From assembly GCF_006345805.1 (NCBI RefSeq), contig NC_043012.1:23870001-23934000 (forward strand): a stretch of 64,000 bases of DNA, written 5' to 3'. Shown piece by piece: positions 54,530 to 64,000 of this stretch. Made by a program: the position numbers and the translations under genes. Position 1 is the stretch's first letter; each line of letters begins with the position of its first letter. Source of the DNA: Octopus sinensis. Taxonomy: Eukaryota. The notes beneath the pieces are model-generated. The model ran no database searches. It was given only the letters and a program-made list of their open reading frames with translations, and was not told where the DNA came from.

Positions 54530-55235
54530 TGATGATGAATGATGATGACAATGATGATGATGACGATGATGATGATGGTGACTATGATGATGATGATGAC
54601 TATGATGATGATGATGATGATGACGATGATGATGACGATGATGACTATGATGATGACGATGATGACTATGATGATGACGATGATGACTATGATGATGATG
54701 ATGACGGTGATGATGACTATGATGATGATGATGATGATGACGATGATGATGACGATGATGACTATGATGATGACGATGATGACTATGATGATGATGACGA
54801 TGATGATGATGATGATGATGACTATGATGATGATGATGACTATGATGATGATGATGATGATGACGATGATGATGACGATGATGACGATGATGACGATGAT
54901 GATGACTATGATGATGACGATGATGACTATGATGATGATGATGACGGTGATGATGACTATGATGATGATGATGATGATGACTATGATGATGATGATGACT
55001 GATGATGATGATGATGATGACTATGATGATGATGACTATGATGATGATGATGACTATGATGATGATGACTATGATGATGATGATGACTATGATGATGATG
55101 ATGACGGTGATGATGATGATGATGATGACTATGATGATGATGATGATGATGACTATGATGATGATGACGGTGATGATGATGATGATGACTATGATGATGA
55201 TGACGATGACGGTGATGATGATGATGATGATGTTG
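54530..55235. repeat. Long interrupted (GAT)n array (GAC, GACTAT, GACGGT variants) with higher-order periodicity
   Basis: 54661-54720 is identical to 54901-54960 (offset 240 bp). Confidence 0.95.
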
Positions 55236-55796
55236 CATTGATTCTTGTAACTTTGTCTTTGGTTTCATTTATGTGGCTGCAACAGATTTCTTTTATTTTT
55301 TTTTGTTATTGTTATTTCCAATTACTGCCAGTGAGCCATTGAGGTGGTTGACGCTAGTGATGAAGACATATACATACATAACAATATGCACACACACGAA
55401 CACATATACGAATGTGTGTGTGTGTGTGTAAACTCTCTCTCTGTTAAGGAAATACATGTGGCCTCCGTGTGACTTCTCTGGCCGACACCAATTACCCAAT
55501 TATAATCAGTCTACAATCACTTCACACAACAGTGGATTAATTTGGTGTTGTTGCAAACTGATATATGCAAACATGCTCACACACACACACACACACATGC
55601 GTGAACACATTTGAGCATATATAGATGCAGGCATGGTTGTGAGGTTAAGCAGTTTGCATACGAACCACATGGTTTTAGGTTCAGTCCCTGGGTAAGTGTG
55701 TTCTGTTGAAACCCTGGGTCAACCAATGCTTTGTGAATAAATCTGATACACAGAAACTGTATAAAGGCCATTGTACATGTGTGAGTGAATTTATGT

Positions 55797-55837
<41 letters not shown>

Positions 55838-56034
55838 GGTTTGTGGCCTGGTGGTTAGGGTGTTGCACACACAACCACCAGATAGTGGGTTCAATTACTG
55901 AACTTGACAGTGCATTGGGTTCTTGAGCAAAACACATCATTTCATGTTATTCTGCAGGAGAGAGAGTAGCAGAGTCACAGAGATGCATTACCTTCTTTAT
56001 CTTCTGGTGTTCTACATTCTGAGTTCAAATCCCA

Positions 56035-56183
56035 CCCAACTGCAGAAGTCAAGCTAACAACAGAACTCAAAGGAATTCAGCGTCACTATATAAAAAGGAT
56101 CGCTACAGTCCAGCAGATGAACTACAGGGAATGACCGAAAGCACTAAGTCTCTACTCCCTCGAGCGCAGGCAGGAGAGTTTTG
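56035..56183 (+). mobile_element. CR1 LINE ORF2 fragment
   Basis: ELKGIQRHYIKRIATVQQMNYRE*PKALSLYSLERRQE matches LE.VQR..TK.I..L...Y.ERL..L.LYSLERRR. Confidence 0.7.
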
Positions 56184-57130
56184 GAGTGGCACTTCTTAAC
56201 ACAGCTCTCCTTATCCATCCATAGTACATGACCATACCAGCGTAAATTTCTTTCTTGCACACCACATCCGATGCTTCTTATGTCCAACATTTCTCTCAGG
56301 GCGCTTACACTCTGTCGTGTTTGCACACTGACATTACACATCCAGCGGATCATGCTAGCTTCATTTCTTTCGAGCCTACGCATGTCCTCCGTAGTCATGG
56401 CCCGTGTTTCATTGCCGTGAAGCATGGCAGTTCACACACATACATCATACAATCTACCTCTCACTTCGAGCGAGAGGCCCTTTGTCACCAGTAGGGGTAG
56501 AAGCTTTCTGAACTTTGCCCAAGCTATTCTTATTCTAGTGGTAACACTCTCTGAGCACCCTCCCCGCTACTAACTTGGTCACCTAGGTAACGAAAGCTAT
56601 CAACTACTTCTAGTTTCTCCCCCTGGCATGTGATAGAATCTGTTTTCTGAGCATCTGTGGTGTTTATTGCCCCTGTGCATCTGCTGCACACGAAAGCTAT
56701 CTTCCTGGTTAATCTTCCTTTCATGTTGCTGCACTGCTTATGTGTCCATAGCTTACACAGGATACATCTTATGGAGTTTCTACCTACACCGTTTCTACAG
56801 ATCAAGCAGGGCCACCTACCTGAGAGGGTGGGTGATGTGTTCGCCTTCCTACTTACTAGAGCTTTGGTCTTTGCTACATTGACTCTAAGGTCTTTTGATT
56901 CTAAACGTTGCTTTCACACCCGAAATTTCTTCTCTAGTTCTGGTAGTGATTCTGCTGTGAGGGCAAGGTCATCAGCATAGAGGAGCTCCCAGGGGCAACC
57001 CGTCTTGAATTCCTCTGTTATTGCCTAGAATACTATGATGAATAAAAGGGGACTGAGGGCTGAACCTTGGTGGACCCCTACTTCTACCCGGAATTCTTCA
57101 CTATACTCATTGCTAATTCTAACCTTACTA
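56184..57130 (-). mobile_element. RTE LINE RT fragment (same family as 62-64 kb)
   Basis: VHQGSALSPLLFIIVF.AITEEFKTGCPWELLYADDL, the Cys/His module, EVVDSFRYLGDQVSS and LHGNETRAMT..LRWYGHV; both ends are missing. Confidence 0.9.
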
Positions 57131-57134
57131 AACA

Positions 57135-57939
57135 CCTATTAAATTCCAGTCATCAGCAATCCAATGGCTGGTGATTCCACAATAAATTTCATTACCTAAG
57201 GATGTTCAAAAATCAGATGGTAGCAGAACTGTCTTTGAATTTTTCACTGCTTCTAAAACACTTTCGCTTTCACTGTTATAAATATCAGCCAACATTTTAT
57301 CAATAGTGCACTGGCAAGGTAGTCTATGTTCGGTATTTTGAAGTGCTGTACGCAATACTTGCCGAAGACCATCATCTTCTACTATCGATATTGGTCAACC
57401 ACTATTAGCTGTCCAGACTGTAAGTGATATTTTAATGTCACGTTGTATGGTAGCACCCACTGGATGATCAAACCAATAATAAAACTGACTCGAAGTAGTC
57501 TTCTTGAAGGTAAATAACACCGCCGCTGTAGACTGGCTAAATGAAGCTGATATTGTGAGCTGAGGTTTCAAATACTGCAGTGAGTGTTTGTTTTGAAAGT
57601 GGTAAGTAAGCGATGTGTTAGATCCATGATATGCAAACGATTTGTCACAATGGATGCAATAAATATTATCAGCAGTTTTGATATTTCCATCAACCAACAA
57701 TTTAAATCCAAAATGTTCATGCAATCGACCCGATTTACGTTTATATTTCATAACTCGATTCTTCTCTACTGCCATTTCACTATTGTTACTATCACTTCCT
57801 TACTTCTGGCACATTTATTAATGATGGGTAGAAAATTAAATTTGAAACTGATTAATAATAATTTAATCGTTAAAACAAAAGTTTAATCATTAAAATAAAT
57901 TAACGATTAAACAATTAATCTTTGAATTCTGCAGCCCTT
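57135..57939 (-). mobile_element. hAT (Ac/ZBED1-like) transposon 5' part with a BED zinc finger
   Basis: Terminus AGGGCTGC with ttaatcg subterminal repeats; ORF HF..YCIHCDKSFAYHGSNTSLTYHFQNKH, then (past a stop) PISIVEDDGLRQVL. Confidence 0.8.
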
Positions 57940-58156
57940 TATATATATATTCTTTTATTTCTTTCAGACATTTGGTTGCAGCCATGCTGAAGAACTGCCT
58001 TTAGTTGTAGAAATTGACCTCAGGACTTATTCTTTGTAAGCCTGGTGCTTATTGTATTAGTCTATTTTGCTGAACTGCTAAGTTATGGGGACGTAAACAC
58101 ACCAGCATCGGTTGTCAAGTGATGGTGGGTGGGGACAAACACAGACATACAAGTAT

Positions 58157-58188
<32 letters not shown>

Positions 58189-58234
58189 GAGTTGCCTAAT
58201 AGTGGTTTTGTCTCTAATTTAATATAATATATAT

Positions 58235-59286
58235 ATATAGGTAAACAGTAAAAATAATTACAGACATGGACAAGAACATGAAACACCACAGAGACGACAC
58301 AAGAACCACAGGACGGGACATTCGAAGCCCTCAGTCATCAGTCAAGAACCAGATCATCTTAGCAATTTCGGCTGATTAATCTTGAGATTGCTCCGATATG
58401 GGCAGCCCGCCATGGGAAATCTAAGCCAAGCGCATTAGATCCCATGGAAGAAAGCTTCGAATGTATACAACACGAGGAGGGAAAACGAACGAAGTACACG
58501 AACAAAAATACAGAATACGTGACACCAATAAGAATACAAAAACGTAAAAACAATAACGGTAAAAATAAAAAACAGAACAAAACCAGGACGTAGGACAAGG
58601 GTCTTTCGACAGGACGAGTTGAGTTTGGGGCTGGCTTATGAAGTTGTGCCTAATGGCCGCAGGGAGACGAACAAATACGTGTTGCTTCGGCGACTGCTGG
58701 AACGAAAAGAGCGCTCAACAGTGGCTAGCGGTCACGTGAGAACAAAAGACAGGAGAAAGGGACACATGAAAAGAGAGAGAAGGTGGACGAGGGAGGAGAA
58801 GAAAGAGACAGATCGAGGGGGCTGGAGGTGGAGAGAGATAGAGAAACGTAGAAGGGGGGGGGAAACGGATGGAGAGGGAAAGAAAGGAAGGGGAATAAGG
58901 AGGAGAGAGAGAAAGAGACAGATTAAGAGTCGTATCAATGCTAGAAAAAAAAATATACTTATCGTATAAGGACAATTGTGGATACGTAGCCGCCGATTAT
59001 ATAGGTAAACAGTAAAAATAATTACAGACATGGACAAGAACATGAAACACCACAGAGAACGACACAGAAACACAGGACGGGACATTCGAAGCCCTCAGTC
59101 ATCAGTCAAGAACCAGATCATCTTAGCAATTTCGGCTGATTAATCTTGAGATTGCTCCGATATGGGCAGCCCGCGATGGGAAATCTAAGCCAAGCGCATT
59201 AGATCCCATGGAAGAAAGCTTCGAATGTATAGAACACGAGGACGGAAAACGAACGAAGTACACGAACAAAAATACAGAATACGTGA
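58235..59286 (-). mobile_element. Small element with direct terminal repeats of about 288 bp (Penelope-like/retrozyme-like)
   Basis: 58235-58522 is nearly identical to 58998-59286 and flanks a 475-bp CpG-rich core; sits next to (TA)n. The strand assignment is inferred. Confidence 0.6.
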
Positions 59287-59654
59287 TATGTATATATATG
59301 ATAGGCTTCTTTCAGTTTCTGTCTACCAAATGGCCTGAGGCTATAGAAGAAGACACTTGCCCAAGGTGCCACACAGTGGGACTGAACCAAGAACCATGTG
59401 GTTGGTGAGCAAGCTACTTACCACACAGCCACTCCTGTACCCCCACACACACACACATGTATTTTTATACATATATATATATATCATCATCATCATCATC
59501 ATTTAGCATCCGTTTTCCATGCTAGCATGGGTTGGACGGTTCAACTGGGGTCTGGGGAGCCCGAAGGCTGCACCAGGCCAGTCAGATCTGGCAGTGTTTC
59601 TACAGCTGGATGCCCTTCCTAACGCCAACCACTTCGAGAGTGTAGTGGGTTGAT

Positions 59655-62018
59655 TTTATGTGCCACCGACACAGGTGCCAGACGAGGCTGGAGAACGGCC
59701 ACGCTCGGATGGATGGTGTTTTTATTATGTGCCACCGACACAGGTGCCAGACGAGGCTGGCAGACGGCCACGCTCAGATGGTGTTTTTATGTACCACCGA
59801 CACAGGTGCCAGATGAGGCTGGCGGACGGCCACGATCGGATGGTGTTTGTTACGTCCCCAAAGCACGGAGGCCAGTCTATGCGGTACTGGCTACGGCCAC
59901 GTTCGGATGATTTTCTTGTGTGCCACCGGCACTGGTGCCACAAAGATACAAATTCCATTGATGTTCATCTATTTTGATTTGTTTTGATTTGACTTTTGAT
60001 TTGATTTTCACTTGCCTCAACAGGTCTTCACAAGTGTCACAAGAAGGAAGGTATGCACAGGTGGACTGACTACGTCCCAGGTAGGGCCCACGGGTTATGG
60101 CCTGACTAGTCTTGCCGGGTCTTCGGATGGTGTTTTTATGTGCCACCGACACAGGTGCCAGATGAGGCTGGCGAACGGCCACGATCGGATGGTGTTTGTT
60201 ACTTGCCCACAGCACGGAGGCCAGTCGATGTGGTACTGGCTACGGCCACGTTCGGATGGTTTTCTTGTGTGCCACCGGCACTGGTACCACAAAGATACAA
60301 ATTCCATTGATGTTCATCTATTTTGATTTGATTTGATTTTCACTTGCCTCAACAAGTCTTCACAGGTCTTCACAAGTGTCACAAGAAGGAAGGAAGGTAT
60401 GCACAGGTGGACTGACTACGTCCCAAGTAGGGGCCACGGGTTATGGCCTGACTAGTCTGCCGGGTCTTCGGTTGGTGTTTTTATGTGCCACCGACACAGG
60501 TGCCAGATGAGGCTGGCGAACGGCCACGATCGGATGGTGTTTGTTATGTGCCCACATCACAGAGGCCAGTCGATGCGGTACTGGCTACGGCCACGTTCGG
60601 ATGGTTTTCTTGTGTGCCACCGGTACTGGTACCACAAAGATACAGATTCCATTGATGTTCATCTATTTTGATTGGGTTGATTTGATTTGATTTGATTTGA
60701 TTTTCACTTGCCTCAACAGGTCTACACAAGTGTCACACACTTGCCTCAACAGGTCTTCACAAGTGTCATAAGTAGGAAGGTATGCACAGGTGGACTCACT
60801 ACGTCGCCGGGTCTTCAGATGGTGTTTTTATGTGCCACCGACACAGGTGCCAGATGAGGCTGGCGAACGGCCACGATCAGATGGTGTTTGTTGTGCCCAC
60901 AGCACGGAGGCCAGTCGAGTGCGGTACTGGCTACGGCCACGTTCGGATGGTTTTCTTGTGTGCCACCGGTACTGGAACCACAAAGATACAATTCCATTGA
61001 TGCATCTATTTTGATTTGGTTGATTTTCACTTGCCTCAACAGGTCTTCACAAGTGTCACACATTTGCCTCAACAGGTCTCCACAAGTGTCACACACTTGC
61101 CTCTGCCTCAACAGGTCTTCACAAAGTGTTCACACACTTGCCTCTGCCTCAACAGGTCTTCACAAGTGTCACACACTTGCCTCAACAGGTCTTCACAAGT
61201 GTCACACACTTGCCTCAACAGGTCTTCACAAGTGTCATAAGAGGGAAGGTATGCACAGGTGGACTGACTACGTCGCCGGTTTTCGGATGGTGTCTTTATG
61301 TGCCACCGACACAGGTGCCAGATGAGGCTGGCGAACGGCCACGATCGGATGGTGTTTGTTGTGCCCACAGCACGAAGGCCAGTCGATGCGGTACTGGCTA
61401 CGGCCACGTTCGGATGGTTTTCTTGTGTGCCACTGGTACTGGAACCACAAAGATACAAATTCCATTGATGTTCATCTATTTTGATTTGGTTTGATTTACA
61501 CTTGCCTCAACAGGTCTTCACAAGTGTCTCACACTTGCCTCAACAGGTCTCCACAAGTGTCACACACTTGCCTCTGCCTCAACAGGTCTTCACAAGTGTC
61601 ACACCACTTGCCTCAACAGGTCTTCACAAGTGACATAAGAGGGAAGGTATGCACAGGTGGAGTGACTACGTCGCCGGTTTTCGGACGGTGTCTTTATGTG
61701 CCACCGACACAGGTGCCAGATGAGGCTGGCGAACGTCCACGATCGGATGGTGTTTGTTGTGCCCACAGCACGGAGGCCAGTCGATGCGGGTACTGCTACG
61801 GCCACGTTTGGGTGTTTCTTCTTGTGTGCCACCGGCACTGGTACCACAAAGAATACAATTCCACTGATGTTCATCTATTTTGATTTGTTTTGATTTTGAT
61901 TTTCACTTGCCTCAACAGGTCTTCATAAGTGTCACAAGAAGGAAGGTATGCACAGAGGACTGACTACGTCCCAGGTAGGGGCCACGGGTTATGGCCTGAC
62001 TAGTCTTGCCGGGTCTTC
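59655..62018. repeat. Hierarchical tandem array of the LINE 3' UTR
   Basis: Six units start near 59777, 60125, 60470, 60817, 61284 and 61683; an internal 33-bp subrepeat occurs in 1-6 copies. Confidence 0.93.
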
Positions 62019-64000
62019 TCACGCACAGCATACTTCCATAGGTCTCGGTCTCTAGACATTTCCTTAGTGAGACCTAAAGTTCGAAGGTCGTGCTTCACCA
62101 CCTCGTCCCAGGTTTTCCTGGGTCTACTCTTCCACAGGTTCCCTCAACTGCTAGGGTGTAGCACTTTTGCACACAACTATCTTCAGCCTTTCTCGTCACA
62201 TGACCATACCAGCGCAGCCGTCTCTCTTGCACACCACAACTGACGCTTCTTAGGTTCAACTTTTCTCTCAAGGAACTTACACTCTGACGATTATGAACAC
62301 TGACATTACACATCCATCGGAGCATACTGGCTTCATTTCTTGCGAGCTTACGCATATCCTCAGCAGTCACGGCCCATGTTTCACTACCATGTAGCATGGC
62401 TGTACGTACACATGCATCATACAGTCTGCCTTTTACTCTGAGCGAGAGGCCTTTTGTCACCAGCAGGGGTAAGAGCTCTCTAAACTTTGCCCAGGCTATT
62501 CTTACTCTAGCAGTTACACTTTCAGCACACCCACCCCCGCTACTGACTTGGTCTCCTAGGTAGCGGAAGCTATCAACTACTTCTAGTTTGTCTCCCTGGA
62601 ACGTGGCAGAAGTTGGTCTCTGCACATTTCCAGTGTTTATTGCTCCTGAGCATTTGCCACAGACAAAAACTATTTTCCTAGTTAGCCTTCCTTTGACATT
62701 GCTGCACCTCTTATGTGTCCATAGCTTACACTTGGTGCATCTTATAGAGTTTCTACCTACACCTTTTTTACAGATCGAGCAGGGCCATCTACCTGAAGGC
62801 GTTTGTGATTGTCTACCTTCCTACTTATTAGGACTTTGGTTTTGGCTAGGTTGATTCTAAGGCCCTTCGATTCTAATCCTTGTTTCCACACCTGAAACTT
62901 CTCCTCCAGTTCTGATAGTGACTCAGCAATTAGAGCAAGGTCATCAGCATAGAGGAGCTCCCAGGGGCAACCTGTCTTGAATTCCTCCGTTATTGCCTGG
63001 AGGACTATGATAAATAGGAGGGGACTGAGGACTGAACCTTGGTGGACCCCAACCTCTACCCGGAATTCTTCACTGTACTCGTTGCCAACCCTCACCTTAC
63101 TAGCAGCGTCTCTGTACATGGCTTGCACAGCTCTCACCAACCATTCTTCTATCCCTAGTTTCCTCATTGACCACCAGATAAGGGATCGGGGGACCCTGTC
63201 AAAGGCTTTCTCCAAGTCAACAAAAGCCAGGTACAAGGGCTTATCTTTGGCTAGGTATTTTCCTGCAGCTGTCTTACCAGGAATATAGCATCAGTAGTAC
63301 TTTTCCCTGGCACGAACCCAAACTGCATATCATCTAAGCTAACTCTCTCTCTAATTAGTTGGGCTATAACCCTCTCCGTAACCTTCATTACCTGATCCAG
63401 CAGCTTGATGCCCCTGTAGTTATTTGTCTCTAGGGCGTCGCCTTTACCTTTGTAGCAGTTGACTATTATGCTGCTACACCAGTCATTGGGTATGACCCCC
63501 TCGTGTATCACCTGGTTAACTATACGGGTGACTAAGCTATAGCCGACACCACCAGATATTTTGAGCATCTCTGCAGTAATTCCTGATGGGCCTGGGGCTT
63601 TCCCTGTTTTTGCTTGCTTCTAATTGCCTTATCTACTAAGGAACTGTTAACTCGGATTGCTGGTCCCTCTGTTGGGTCGACATTCGGCAGACTCTCTTTA
63701 TCCCATTCATTTTCTTCATTCAGCAACCTATCATAGTGGCGTCTCCAGCCTCTCTCTTTGCATCTTCATTAAGCGCAAGTGAACGTCATCCTTGCGAACA
63801 CATTTCTCTCCTACCACGTCACGATTCTCTCTCACACACTGTCTTGCAACACAAAATACCTCAAGTCTTTCATCTCATGACGCAGGACATTGGCAAATTG
63901 TTCCTTATCTGCCTCCCCTCTGGCTAGATAGACCTGTCTCCTGGCTTCCCTTCTGGCAGACTGATACACTTCCCTGCTACCACCGTTCTTTCCAGGCCTT
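62000..64000 (-). pseudogene. RTE ORF2 reverse transcriptase, frameshifted in this sequence
   Basis: NYRGIKLL..QFGFVPGKSTTDAIF, FVDLEKAFDRV, GVHQGSVLSPLLF, LLYADDL, FRYLG, LRWYGHV; stop after KTRQD at 62000-62002; at least 4 frame changes. Confidence 0.93.

Larger units (their letters stand above)
59483..64000 (-). mobile_element. RTE-clade LINE, young, 5' end beyond the window, with a tandemly amplified 3' UTR
   Basis: ORF2 remnants at 62000-64000, 3' UTR array at 59655-62018, conserved terminal box and (GAT)n tail at 59483. Confidence 0.95.

Noticed and set aside
59650-61893. Cluster of overlapping ORFs and a spacer-like periodicity suggesting CRISPR or a repeat protein
   Set aside because: These are tandem copies of a LINE 3' UTR in a eukaryotic context, with no unique spacers and no cas genes.

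Overview
AT-rich, repeat-saturated eukaryotic DNA. Its SINE, RTE-LINE and microsatellite content matches my recollection of octopus (cephalopod) genomes; this is an inference, not a database match. I recognise no host protein-coding gene, so the window reads as intronic or intergenic, and most ORFs in the track are microsatellite artefacts. Supported content: a young RTE-clade LINE running off the right edge, with single-base frameshifts, a PHD-like C4HC3 module inside the RT region and a 3' UTR amplified into six tandem units; many 3' fragments of that LINE; two abundant tRNA-derived SINE families; CR1, RTE-BovB, mariner, Tc1/maT, hAT (BED finger) and Penelope (GIY-YIG) remnants; a Helitron; and piggyBac, hAT and fold-back MITEs. 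The most interesting signal is a set of Penelope-like, (TA)n-associated elements carrying hammerhead-ribozyme motifs. These are a complete type-I hammerhead core at 39869-39906, an A6U minimal variant, a tRNA-headed SINE-like element with a hammerhead-like tail and an inverted terminal copy, and a small element with long direct repeats. Fold-back palindromes at (TA)n tracts and a local duplication with an inversion also recur. Coordinates were read by eye and are approximate to a few bases unless termini are quoted.
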